Assembly: GCA_963693365.1 (NCBI GenBank)
Contig: CAVNZM010000005.1
Location: 7,820,710 to 7,884,709, forward strand
Origin: Amoebidium appalachense
Lineage: Eukaryota; Protista; Ichthyosporea
DNA length: 64,000 nt
Reading direction: 5' to 3'
In this document: positions 15,901-31,002 of the stretch, one piece after another
Layout: each line of letters starts with the position of its first letter
Position numbering within the stretch: the stretch's first letter is position 1
Translations under genes and position numbers: made by a program
The notes under the pieces: generated by a model
The model's database searches: none
Told to the model about the DNA's origin: nothing
What the model saw: only the letters and a program-made list of their open reading frames with translations

Positions 15901-18653
15901 TTGGCTGGGCCCAGGCAATCGGGGCCATTGCAATCTCAGGCAGGCATGAGGCATGATGGGGGCACCCTGGCACCCAGCTGGGACTCACCCACAGTGGATA
16001 GGCGCCACCAGATGAATAGCAACCCACCCGTGCCTCTGAAGCTGAGGGAGGGCAGAAAAGTATGTGCGGGTGTGTGGTGGGGTGGCGGTGTGTGCATGTG
16101 TATTGGGGGGGGGGGGGGGGGGCTAACTTGGCAAGGGAGTGATGGGTGAGAGGAGTAGACGGGGAGGGGGAGGGGGGGGGGGGAGAGAGAGAGAAAAGCT
16201 GAGGGGTCTGAAGGAAAGATTTTGTTTTTTGATTTATTCATGTTCTTGCATACTTTTTTATTCCTAGTTTTTCCTATAAGGGGAGGGGTGGTGGTGATGT
16301 GTGTGGTGGTGTGTGTGTGGGGGGGGGGGGGGGGGGGGGGGGGGGAGGGTCATGGTTGAGGCGATGTGGACAAAGCTCATGTTTTTGAGTTGTGCCTGCT
16401 CCCCTTTTCCCACACATGCACTTTTTTTTTTTTTTTAGTTGGTGGTGGTGAGGGTGGGTGTGGGTGTGGGTGTGCACGCACGTGTGTGGTGGTAGTGGTG
16501 GAAGGGGGGGGGGGGGGGGGGGGGAGGTGGGAGGGGGATTCAATGCAAGACACTCTCCCTGACCTGACGTGTGTTGGTCATGTGCAGCGGCGGCCGCGTG
16601 TGCTTGTTGTTGAGCGCAACCGTGTGACCCAGCAGTTCATTGGGTCGTACCTGGAGAAGCTGGACATAGAGGTCATGCAGGCATACGACACACAGGCATT
16701 CCTCGAGTGCTGTGCTCACACTCCGTTCGAGGTGGTCTTTGTGGATGAGACACTGCTCGAGATAAAAGGCCACCTGGCCACACGCCTGCTGAGGTAAAGG
16801 GGGGGAGGGGGGGGGAGGGGGGAGGGGGGATGGACTGCTAAGTTGAGGGTGAGAGGGGAGGGCATCCCGGAGGGGGGGGAGGGGGGGGGTACGTGTGTAG
16901 GGGGGGTGGATGTGTTGTGGTTGATTTGTCTTGTTGGGTGTATGGCTATGTACGCACAGGCACACACACATCGTCTGGATGTGGTTTCTGTCCGTTGAAC
17001 ATGTGATTTGCACGCCCAGGCACACACATGCAGTGTACATGTCAGTCGTCCGTTCTTGTCTGTTGGGCAAAACGGTCGTTACCCGCACACATGGGCACAT
17101 AAATGCATGCTGCCACTATACCGTGTGCACGCCTGGCCTGTTCTGATTGGGTGGGTGCACACGTGGCCTGTTCTGATTGGGTGGGTGCACACATGGCCGG
17201 TACTGATTGGGTGGTTGTCAGGCGGCTGGACGGGCCCAACCGCTACACGCCATTGGTTGTGCTGAGTGGCATGGCCGGCATGGACTTTGTGGGCCAGGGG
17301 CTCAATGATATCCTGCTCAAACCATTCAACAAGGCAGACCTGCTGGACATGGTCGAGAAATGGGTGCGTGCGTGCTTCTTTTTTTTTTTTGGAATGGGGC
17401 GAAGAGGGGAGGGTGGTTGGTGTGGTGGAGGGGGGGCAGGGGGGCGCGGAGGAGGGTGGGGGGCTAGACTAGTAGGTTACCGGAGACATGGGGAAAGGCA
17501 TGCACGGGGAGACACACGTACACAAACACACACGAACGAGTCATGGGTGCATGAGGAAGATTAAGTGAGAGGGGAGGGGAGGGGGGAGGGATGCAGGCAC
17601 AAGACAACAGACAAGGGGGTTTGTTCACGCAGGCACACGGATATGCAGTGTTGCACGTGCACATGGGAACAAGCGGCGGTGGCGTGGGCTGTGCACTCCA
17701 AGGGGGTGCATGGTTATGGGTTCCTTCCGCTGCCGTCACTACTAATGTGTTTGTCTTTTGGGCAGCGACAATATTCATATGTGCATTTGTTATTACGACA
17801 AGGAGGCGTCTTGGCCCATGGTTGGTCTGAAATGTGTGTGTGCATGCGGGGATATGTTTATGTGCATGCTTGCGTGGTAGTGGTTGGGGGGGGGGGGGGG
17901 GGGGGGTACATGTGTATCTGTGTGTGCATGGTTGGGGCGGGAGGTGGGGTACATGTGTGTTTGCGCGGGGGGGGGGGGGGGGGGGGGGGGGACCACTGCA
18001 CCTGGGTATCTTACAGTGGCATACGGCGCACACAGATGACTGACCGGATTTTTCCTTACAGGAGCCGTTTTTAGGCAATCTCTATGAGAGTGCCAGGGTG
18101 ACGGGCAAGGACCCGGCCTACATCTACCAGTCACTGGGCTTCACCGATGAGCCCCGCAGCCAGGCCAACTCCCCGCACCCCTCGGCCACGTCTGCACACA
18201 ACCACCAATTTCCTCCGAATGGACCCCCACCCCCACCCCCCGGTCCCATGGGAGGAGGGGGGGTTTCTGGTCTCCACAGACTACCGATGGGTGGGGAGGG
18301 GGGTGCATATGGCCCTCCGGGTGGTCTTCCCGGAGGCAGGGGTAGAGGGGACGATTTTCTGCCGGGGTGGGCAGGGGGGCCACCGCCACCCCCTGGGTAT
18401 GGGGGGCCAGGAGAGGGGAGGGGGATGGAGGGGCACAGGCCGGGGAGTATGCGGGGACAGGACTTGGAGGGGCCACCAGAGAAGAGACAGAGGCTGTACG
18501 TGCCATTCCTCCCCCCCCCCCCCCCCCCTTTCCCGTTCCCCCTATCCCCCCTGCAAACATGCACGTGTTATCCCTCCAACCACCACCACCACTCTAGGTC
18601 TCCTGTCCGTGGATTCCTGGCTTCTCATTTTGTCCTCTACGTGCATGGCGCGT

Positions 18654-18692
<39 letters not shown>

Positions 18693-18777
18693 CTCCTATA
18701 AGCATAAGAAGACACTCACATGTGTGTGCACGCTCGCACAAGTATGCACAGACACATTCACTTCTCCTTTGGATAAC

Positions 18778-18839
<62 letters not shown>

Positions 18840-20020
18840 CACACGCACACACTCGCTCACACATACGCAAGTGCACACATACAAGTTTCTCCTGACTTCC
18901 TCTGCACCCAACACACACCTCACACACAGACAGAGACACACACACACACACACACACTAGTATATGGTCATAAACAGACACAAACTCAAAGAGAGGAAGA
19001 GTGTGCGCATGAGGGAGAGAGGGGAAGAAGAGAAAAGGGGGAGGGGGGGGGAGGGGGAGAGCGAGAGAAGGGGAGAGAGAGTGTGGGTGAGAGGGGAGGA
19101 GGGGGGATCAACACACACGTACAGGCACGTGTTTCATGCCCGTGCAAGCTGATAGACACAACATTAGTGCCACATCATTGCTCATACACTCATTGCATGT
19201 CATATGCATAGACCCAGCCACATGGGGCTGAGAACACACCAGTCCCTGCCTGGAGCAACCACAATGGACAGTTCTTCCTTGACGTTCCCCTGGGTATTGT
19301 GGTTTTGGTTGTTCAACACCGCATGTGCTTGCAAACTGTAACTGACACCAACATGTGTCCCGTTGCCACCCATGCAGAGACGGGGGCATGGACCCACGGG
19401 GCAATTTTGGGCCTTTGGACGGATTTCCGCAACCGTTCCCCCCACTGGGGGGGTCCAAGGGGGGCAGCCCCATGTGGAGGGGGGACGGGGATGAGGGGAG
19501 GGGCACCCGCCCGCCTGTGGCACCTTCTAAACAGCTGGGGCCTCTAGGGGGATTACCTGGCCCTCCTTCCCCCATGACGATACCACGTCTAGCGCCAAAT
19601 GGACCCACAGTCGTTTCTGGGGGCATATCACCACAGAGAGACATGGATTCACCTTCGGATGGGGGGGGCACGGGGGGCAGGGGGAGGAGGAGGGGGGTGG
19701 GGAGCGGAGGGATGGGCCGAACAAGGAGAAGGAAGAGATATCCAGGACCACACACAATGAGAAGGAGAGGGGCAGGAGGAAAGAAATCACTGACGCGGTT
19801 AATGGATTTAGGAGGCTGGTGCCGGGGTTGAACGACAAGACGGATAAGGTGGGTGGGTGTGTTGTTGGTTTAGATACTCGCGGTTTTCAGTGGTGGGTGG
19901 GGATGGGGTGGGGATGGGATGGTGGCTTTGCACAATTGTTGGCTTGGTGCTGGGAGCAATAATCGCACTCGTGTTCATTTGTTCTCGTTTTCCTAGGGTT
20001 TTGAGGGTGGAGGCTGGGAA

Positions 20021-20052
<32 letters not shown>

Positions 20053-20239
20053 TATGTATGACAATAGTATCGGGGGAGTGGAGTGTATTGACGATAGTGA
20101 TGGGTGTTGGGTGCAGGCAACGGTACTCCGGCAGGCCGTGGAGTATGCAAAGCACCTGCGACAGCTATTGGGGTTGGAGGGACAGGTCAATAGCCTGGTC
20201 GGTGGCAGCTCAAATGCAGGCGACACATCGGATAGCTAG
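12534..20239 (+). CDS. Response regulator with two receiver (REC) domains, Gly/Pro-rich linkers and a C-terminal bHLH; one apparent frameshift at a G-run near 19661
   Basis: Exons 12507(ATG 12534)-12760, 13770-14253, 15529-16059, 16588-16793, 17222-17363, 18062-18495, 19378-19848, 20117-20239. REC1: [32 protein letters not shown]2: LVVERN..VFVDE..VVLSG..LLKPF. bHLH: [27 protein letters not shown]|[14 protein letters not shown]. Upstream 5'-UTR exons are likely but unresolved. Confidence 0.85.
14509..15498. repeat. Intronic minisatellite, 15 x 66 bp, nearly identical
   Basis: Unit tgtgtctgcatgtttgtgcctaggccctgtaccgtggctaaggctgcacctcctaccttctcccta, with only isolated substitutions. Ends 30 bp before the acceptor at 15528. 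Confidence 0.97.
17125..17214. repeat. 3 x 30-bp tandem repeat just upstream of the acceptor at 17221
   Basis: gtgcac-acgtggcctgttctgattgggtgg x3; each unit carries a CTGAT branch-like motif. Confidence 0.85.
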
Positions 20240-20852
20240 ATAGATCATGCATGAATTGGTGATGGGGAGGGAGGGGGATATGGTGTGAGATTAGTGGGTC
20301 CTCTGTTGGTAAGATTAGTTGCTATCATTGCGTAGGTGTGTTGGAGTATGGTTATATATGACGAGGTTTTCTTTTTCTTTTCTTTTGGCTCATTTTATTT
20401 CTTTGCAATTGGGGGAGCCCCGGGGAGGGGGGGGGGGGGGGGGGGGGGGGGGTGGGGGGATGTGTGACATGACGTAAATGTGTGTTTACTGATGATATAT
20501 CGAGTATTGTTTCCCGCCTAATAGCCATTTATGTATGCTTAGATGATTTATGTATGCTTAGATGATGCCAAGTGGCAGCCGGCAGTATAAAGCCGAAAGG
20601 AGAAAAACGAGTTATTGACCAAGTGTAGCCTATACGGGTCATTTTTGATGTTGGTTCAATATGCCACCACAATACAAGAGGTGCAGCGTGATGAAAGAAC
20701 ATATGAGTTATGGTTGTGTGTAGTGTGCAGTGCATACATCGATAAATAAACCCGATGCCTTCTTCTGGATTAAAAAACACGAGCGTGTACCTGTATGTCA
20801 TTTGGCAGCATAACGGGAGAAGGAATGGTGTTTGCCCGAGCTGAGTTTGCCG

Positions 20853-20892
<40 letters not shown>

Positions 20893-21168
20893 ATATGTAC
20901 ATTTACATGTCCATGAATTGACGTTAACCCTGTTGCGTGTGCATGCGCAGGCCGTCACGTGTGCTTAAACCTTGCGTGTGCATGTGTGTGGATTTGTATG
21001 TTCTTAGGTCCCCATACGGGCCATCATGTGCATGTTCGTACTGACGATCATCCAATGAATCAGATTATCATATCGATATAGTGGACCGGGACTCCGGCCC
21101 TGCAGCAATATATATCAGATTCCCCTAGTGCTGCTTTGCGACCACTGCAGTGCACGTGGCAATACCAC

Positions 21169-21480
21169 GTACGTACGAGAGAAGTCCCTACGACGGAGGC
21201 CCCTGGGTTTAGGGAGATTGCTCACATAGACAAAAGACACGGTATTTGATAATGCATCACCAAAATCATTGAATTTTAAATATAAACCCAATAACCATAA
21301 GCCCAGGTGTGTCTGGGCCCTACACTGGGGCAGCAGCCCCCCACTATGGGGGCCTGACCGCGGCCCCTTATTGTCGTTCGGGGATCAAATTGCTCCCCCC
21401 TGAGTTTACGTCATCGGATCGTGTTTTGTCCAATCAGGTTCAAGGAAGGGTCCGTCGTACGGACTGAAGGGCGTACGTAC
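21169..21480. mobile_element. Degenerate MITE-like element (~310 bp)
   Basis: Imperfect terminal inverted repeats gtacgtacg..agtccctacgacgga (21169-21197) and tccgtcgtacggact..cgtacgtac (21451-21480). No ORF; superfamily unclear. Confidence 0.5.
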
Positions 21481-21562
21481 ACACGAACACCTCAGACACA
21501 GATAAGTCGTACAATCATCAAAAACCGTGACGCTTGAGTTTTTTTATTTTATTTTATTTTTT

Positions 21563-21616
<54 letters not shown>

Positions 21617-21670
21617 GGGGAGGGGGGGGGGGGGGAGGGAGAGAGAGAGAGAGAGAGAAAGAGTGTGTGT

Positions 21671-21705
<35 letters not shown>

Positions 21706-21707
21706 AA

Positions 21708-21741
<34 letters not shown>

Positions 21742-22186
21742 CTCCCAGGTCAAACATTCGCTAATAATTATCGGCATGCATTTGAGCTGTGATGAGGTGC
21801 TGGTACCAAGCTTGGCCCCAACGGTACTTCCACAAGCCTTAGGTATATGTAACAAACATGCAAAACTTTTGACGTGCACATCCCCGGGGAACACTGAGAA
21901 GGCAGGGCTATTGATTCATTCCCCTCATCACCCAATTCCACCACCCCAGCTGGCACCACTATTCATCACAACCACTGCCACCACCCCACAGTTGCAATTG
22001 TGCATGCCTTTGTTGTTGCCGCAACCGGTCTCCGTTGTGAAAATGTTGTGTCTAGATGTATATTATCTAACACGGGCAGTAATGTTCAGAATTGAGTATC
22101 CACATATAGTGCCTTCCAGGTTTGTCCGGATTAGCGCTTTATGAAAATGTTCAACTGCCTTGAAGCCCAGTGTTCCCCGGCAGGCT

Positions 22187-22550
22187 GAGAGTGGCAGCCT
22201 CGCGAACGTTTTCACGAACATGTTCATCTTCATGTGTTCAATATCCTGTGGCGCCAATACATTCCTCTCCGTTTGCTCACAGTTCGGGCGCTTTCACGAA
22301 TATTTTCATCTGCATCAAGTTGTTTTATCCGGAGTACCAGCATCAGTCGGAAAATAACGAATATATTTATATGCATATAGTCGATTGGGCTAGTGTACTC
22401 AGCCGCACTTGTTTAGAGTAGCAGCCTCCGGGGTATGAATATTCAAGAATAGTATTCATCTGCAAAGTTTGGCAGAGCAGCTACTAGCAGCCTCGGTTAT
22501 GAATTCAGAAATATGTTCATCTGTATTTGTTCAGAGTACCTGCCTCGTGT
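22187..22550. repeat. Decayed ~60-bp-period tandem repeat
   Basis: Recurring gagtag/gcagcctc..tatgaat..gaatatgttcatctgca..ttgttca blocks, about 4-5 diverged units. Confidence 0.5.
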
Positions 22551-22870
22551 CACAGGTGACGGGCCCCCTCGATACCCACATGGGCTATGTACAAGCACAC
22601 TGTGCTGGGCCAAGCCCGCTCGGCCCTCATATGTTCATCACACACTGCAAACACAGCACGCCTAGTCTCCATGCTGTCGCAGTGGTGCTTATATGTACTT
22701 TCAGTCCTTATATATCAGCAGAGAATAGATACATTCATCGAACTTCTTCCTCTTTCTAAAAACTCCCCATGTTTCAAAGTTTCAACTGCACACTCTGATC
22801 TACTATACCTAGCTGCCATCACATTCAAAAAAACAAAACAAAAAAAAAACAAAAAAAAAAACACCACCGC

Positions 22871-24731
22871 CTATTTCTGGCCGGCTGTGGACAGGTAGAG
22901 GTCCCACAGGCTGCTTGCCTCAGTGGGCTGCTTGGACATGTCGCCCGTCGTCTTCACAAACACACACCCCGTGCCGTCCTTCTTAACCATCACCCCGTTG
23001 CACCCACTCACGTCGAACACACACATGCGCTTGCACGCGTCCGCACCCCACTGGCTGCCCGTACGTGAAGTGAGCGTCTGGTTCACTTTGAGCACAACGT
23101 TAGGGAGGAAGGAGAACGCGGTGTTCGTGTGTCGGAAATCGAGCGACCCCGTAGCGTAGCAGTGCCCTTCGGTGGTACCGCAGTATCCCTTGGGGCTGCA
23201 GCACGGAGACGCGGTGCCGCAGACGGCCTGCTTGCCGTTGGCTGCAAAAAACTGCGGGCCACAGCGAGAGTCGGTGCGTGTCTCCTCCGTGGGGAAATCC
23301 TTCACGGTCCCGTCGTCGGCAATGTAGAGGGTGGTGGTGGCCCCCGCGGTGGTGGTGCCCTTCTTGTAGCTGGTGACGATGCGTAGGGTGCACCTGTTCT
23401 TGGCTGAGTCGTGCACAATGCCGTTGCACTTGTTCTGCCGGGCACACTCCTGCTTGCACCCGTCCAGCGACGTGCCGCTGTAAGTCAGGTTCTTGATCTT
23501 GGTGTTGGTCGTGTGGCCGGTGAACTGGCGCCACGTGCGCAGGGCGGAGGAGCGCACATATATCGAGAACATATTGGAAGAAACGGTGTCTGCCGAGCTC
23601 AGGAGGGTCTTGAGGCGGCAGTATGTGCCGGCATACACAAAGCCGGTGCACTGGGCCGTGCTGTCACACACCTCGCGGCACTTATCCCACGTGGTGCCTT
23701 CGAAGGCCTTTCCAAGGTCCGCCACCCCCTCCTTCACCTCCCGACCCTCCAAAACGCTCCACCCGGCCGGAAGCGGTGCAGGAGGGAGGGTGCCACTGCG
23801 CACAAACACCTGCCATGGGGTAGATGCGCTCTTGTACTTGGCCGCATCACGCTTCAGCTGGGACCCAACAGTCAGGGACCTGAACATGCACGTGGTGTAT
23901 TCGCTGTTGTACGCAAAGGCGTTGCACCCGGCCGTGCGTGCGCACGCCACCTTGCACATGTCCAGCGTCCATCCGGGATCCCCACCGCCAGCAATGGACC
24001 GGCCACCGTTAAAGGTTGCGCCCTGCTCCTGCACCCACCCTGTGCACTCCTTTGGCAGCGGGCAGTTCTCGCTTGCAGCCCCGGCACACTGCGCACCGAT
24101 GCCCTGGGGAGGAGGGTTTGTGCACGTGCGTGTGCGCTGGCCACCGCTGCACAATCCACCGCATGGGGACCAGGCAGTCCAGCCACCATTAATGCTGAGG
24201 ACAGGTGTCCTGTCTGTGCTGGCGCCCTGCGAGGTCGTGGGTGTACTGCCAATGACGGACTTGATAAACTCCGTGTAGTGGCTGAGGCGGGTATAGATGC
24301 CCGGGTAGCCGGCCAGGGCACACTTGTTGCCAAAGCTCACAATGCCCACCTGCACAGGGCTGACACCCTGCATGGCAAAGAGGGGGCCGCCAGAGTCTCC
24401 GTTGCACGCGTCCTTGCCCCCGTCGTCGTACCCGGCACAGATCTGCGCGTTTTTGTTGTATGTGTAGCCGTAGCCGTACAGGCAGCTAGAGTCCGGCAGG
24501 ATGGGTGTGTCAACCTGAAGTGGGGACCAGGAAAATCAGCTTATGTACAAAATACCAAAACATGCCCAAAATATAAGTGTTGAATGACATTTTTGAGATT
24601 ATTCAGCATGAGCTAGAACGGTTCTGACTAGGAGCAAGGGGAATAAGTCGAAGGAAAGTGATCGGGTGGGAGTAAGGGATTTGGGGATTGCCTGTGTGTG
24701 TGTCACGGTGTGTGTGCATAGGAAGGGGGAA

Positions 24732-24765
<34 letters not shown>

Positions 24766-25738
24766 GTAAGAGTGTGTACCTTTTGCAGATACGAGGATAG
24801 TGCGTTGTCCTCGGGGTCAGTGCGGCCCCACCCAACCACCTGTGTGGGTGTGCCCACGGCATCAAGGCTCGTGTCCTCAACAATTTTCATGACCTGGTTG
24901 CCAGCATTCCCATCAATACGGATAAACGCTATGTCGTTCACCAACTGCGCACCGTCACTCAGAAAGTTCGGGTGCCTGACATAGTCTACGATGCTGTACT
25001 CCTTGAAGCCGTCCTGCTCGTTGACCCAGTCGTTACCGCCCACCCACACCTTGTCAGACAGGGTCTGTTCTGGGAGGATACAGTGGCCCGCCGTCATGAT
25101 CCAGTTGGGGTGCACTAGTGTTGCACCGCAACAGATGCGAAACGTGTCTTTTGTCTCTCCAAGGTAGGTGCCTAGTGCCGCCATCCAAGGAAACCCCTGT
25201 TGTTGTGTTACTCGGGTCAGCGAGTGTTGGCACGTGGACTTAGCATGAATGGTTTCTCGTGCGCAGATCTACAGAGACACAGACACAGAGCATGCAAAGC
25301 AACCCAATTTAAGGAGTGAGGGTGTGTTACGCCGTTACCCTTTGTGGGAGCGGTGGTGTGCAGCGGGGAGCGAAAGGGTGGTGAGTGATAGAGACCGATC
25401 AGCAAGGAAGAGGGAGATGAGCCTAATGTACACCTAACACCCATCAGGCACCGTTAGAAGTTTACATCTGTTTACCACTAAAAAAATAACCTCGTAGAGC
25501 CCAGTCCGAAGCGTTATTTTTCACACAAAGGGCTAGCTCAGTATACCTGGTTTGTAGCTAAACCCCCAACGACTCGCGCGTTGATGGCGGTCCCATTTTG
25601 TGATCTCAAGTATTGTGCTATGAAGGGCCTGTCTTCGCCCCCAGTGCTTGGTCCATTAGTGGCCAGAGGTGCCCCACTGACCGTGTGTGCGCCTATATGG
25701 TACAGGGCCGCAACGGCCGCAAGTTGGTAGATGGCCAT
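22871..25738 (-). CDS. Secreted S1A trypsin-like serine protease with TSP1, four PAN/apple-like modules and a hevein-type chitin-binding (CBM18) domain
   Basis: Exons 25738-25547, 25196-24780, 24514-22871. Signal peptide; activation site R|VVGG; triad TAGHC / NDIA / GDSGGP; S1 Asp (KDACNGDS). TSP1: INGGWTAWSPC..RTRTCTNPPP. PAN: C-x3-C-x5-C-x-G/A patterns. Hevein: RCGPQF..CCSPKGYCGTTEGHC. Confidence 0.93.
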
Positions 25739-26169
25739 TGTGGCCGGATAAGGCACTGTGAAATTTAGTTGTACCTGAAAGATGTAGCATGTGCGCGCGT
25801 GTATGTTTCTGCGTGCCTGTGTGTACTGAGCCGAGTATAATAGCAGCACAGGTTTCGTACGTACTCAGTGCTTCGAAATAGTCATGTTTGCCTCAGTATT
25901 GTGACACCTCTTGAAAGTGTACGCATGTCACAGTGCGTGCACGCAATTTAGTGCTGGTGGAGACTTGTTTGAGAGCGTTTGGATTTGTGTGTGGTGACAA
26001 TAGCAGAGCCAAGCTACCAGAATATTGATACCATTGATAAGTAGTGAAATCAGTCTTTGGTACACTACTAATTTAGCAGTGGAGAAACATACCGGGAACA
26101 AAGGGCTATGTGTGCTTGAGGCTCTGCGGCTTGCGTCTTTTTGAGTGACGGTCCACGGATACGGCTTAA

Positions 26170-26674
26170 AGTTCCCTCCGATATTATAGGGCTAACGCGC
26201 TACTAATGTCCATTAGAGAGTGTTTACACCAATCAAATGAGCGCCAATCCTGCAAACGTCTGATGTGACTCATGTGGCCACATCAGTGCGTTTTCGAGAC
26301 TAGAGACCACAAAAGCATAAAAAAAAAACTCAAAACAATGTTACACACAGGAAAATTTCTCTTAAACCTGCTTCAGATACTTTGAGTTGCAACAACGTAG
26401 CGCATTGCTAGAGCGATTTTCACTAACTTGCTGGTCCCGCCGAGAGTTAGTATATTCGTGCATACGCCGCTATGCAAAAATTGAATTTACAATGTTATGG
26501 AATGACGTCACACAATCCTAGAAAGGAAGTTGTACTATTTTGAATGCCGTAAGATTGCGCATGATAGTGAATCGAACCTGGTATCCACCTTGCATTTGAT
26601 TGGTGTATACACGGACTATTTGGAAGCAAATGTGGCAATTAGGACGCGTTAGCCCTATAATATCGGAGGGAACT
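26170..26674. mobile_element. Non-autonomous Kolobok-like DNA transposon (MITE), 505 bp
   Basis: Perfect 30-bp TIRs agttccctccgatattatagggctaacgcg (26170-26199 and 26645-26674) flanked by TTAA on both sides (26166-26169, 26675-26678). AG..CT termini fit Kolobok better than piggyBac (CCY). Confidence 0.88.
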
Positions 26675-27366
26675 TTAATAGCTCGCATGCCATTCTGATT
26701 CAAGACATCCCAGCCGGGAGCAAGCAAGAGGGGGGTTCTTTGTTTTCTTCCCCGAAATGTAGTGAATGCATTGGAATGACGAAAGACTCGAAAATGGCTT
26801 TATTGCGTTATTAGGTGTAAAGACCCTTATAGAAATTTATTTTTACGATTGGATAGTATTTGCGCTCAATATGGCTAGAATGTATAGTTAAGACACTTCA
26901 AGCAGAATCCATGATGCTGGTGCAAATACAGAAAAGCTTTTGAACTCAACTCGGGGGTACCAAGCTGATAAAGCAAGCAAAGGAGTCCAATCCGATCACA
27001 GAAGATCTTTAGATCGACATTAATGGTTGGTTTAAACTGTTGTATTCCATGACTTCGTATTCGTGGGCGTTAGCTATATGCTCTCCTGAATTTCGTAAGT
27101 TGTATTTTCATGAGCGACAATAAACAGGAAACCTTGCCTGACCAAAAAGCCTTTATTGTATCATAAAATGTTTTTATTCATTTTCTTATGTATTTTGTCA
27201 GTCTTTTGTCTGTAATGGATATTATCTGAGCCTGGCTGGTCACGTGCCGATTTGGCACTGTCGTGAAGCACCCCACGAATAGGAGGTTTTGGGATCCATG
27301 GGAATGCCATTATGACACAGCGTTTTATCATCGCAGCCAATCAGCGTCGCCTTTGGTTTCCGGAAT

Positions 27367-28412
<1,046 letters not shown>

Positions 28413-29059
28413 TCCGGAATGCAGGAACTTCACCCTTTATTTTTAGACATACAAGGGCATGTGGAGTGGACCTCTCTGCAGCATGCTTTTGTTTGCTTGT
28501 ATATACCAAAGGTAACTGAAAGCAATTAATCTTGACATAAGTTCAAATTTACCATATTTCAAAAATAATAAGCATAACTTCAGTTATTGTTTAGCCAGTG
28601 ATCGACTTTCTGCAGAGGCAGACTCTGGCACCCTGCTCGCGCATGATTGGTCAAATGTGAGTCACAAAATTGGTGGGAAAATATACAAAACTTCTCGAAG
28701 TGCTCAGCAGAAGCGGCAATCTGCCGGTCCCCGGGCCTGCTGCTCGAAAGTTGCTTGTATATATTTGAGGCGTTCTCAAACACAAGGGAAAGTATGATAG
28801 GAAGGCCTGCTGTCAAGCATGAATTGTTGACTTGGGGCAATCTTGCAGCATGCATTTATGTGACGGTGGGTGCTGGCCGGTGTGTGGTTAGTGCTTGCCA
28901 GTGTTGCGTGTTGTGTGCACGTGTGTGTGGACACGGGCACTGTCAGGTTGTGCCGGCATGGTACGGAATCCCCAGGACAGTGGTGTGTGAATGTGAATGG
29001 ACGTTGCGGTGGTTGGCCGTACACAAGTTTACGCATGTAAGCCGGGTGACAAAACCTGT

Positions 29060-30600
<1,541 letters not shown>

Positions 30601-31002
30601 CTTGAGGCTCTCTCTTCTGCTCCTTTCCTCCCCTTGCGTAATTAGGTTCCCTCTCTCCATGTCTTTCTATATCTGCTTATGAGCACGTCGAAACGTAAGA
30701 CTCCTTTCAACGTTTTTGATTTCAAGCGGCACACTTTCCTATTATGGGTCATCCGACCGAAACTCTAGGTTTCCGAACGTGCATACTTGTTGGTCGCAGT
30801 TGCGTTTGACAATATTCAGTACTGTTAGGCTACGGGTACCTTACAAGACCTGCCTGCACAGTTTCAGTTTTCATGGTCGCATAACTGGATAGCATGCCGG
30901 GTTGGTCTGGGGCCATGCGGCCACGGCCCAAGGCCTCCTACTCTGAGGAGGCCTTGCCACGGCCAAGGCCTCTGTGACCGCACGCTCCTCTTCCAAATCT
31001 TT

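Noticed and set aside
20527-20566. 19-bp tandem duplication downstream of the bHLH gene
   Set aside because: Ordinary local slippage; no further structure.
23411-24583. Plus-strand 390-aa and 261-aa ORFs
   Set aside because: Antisense shadows of the GC-rich protease exon.
30670-30702. Minimal hammerhead-like cttatgagcacgtcgaaacgta
   Set aside because: Core is CUUAUGA and stem I does not pair.
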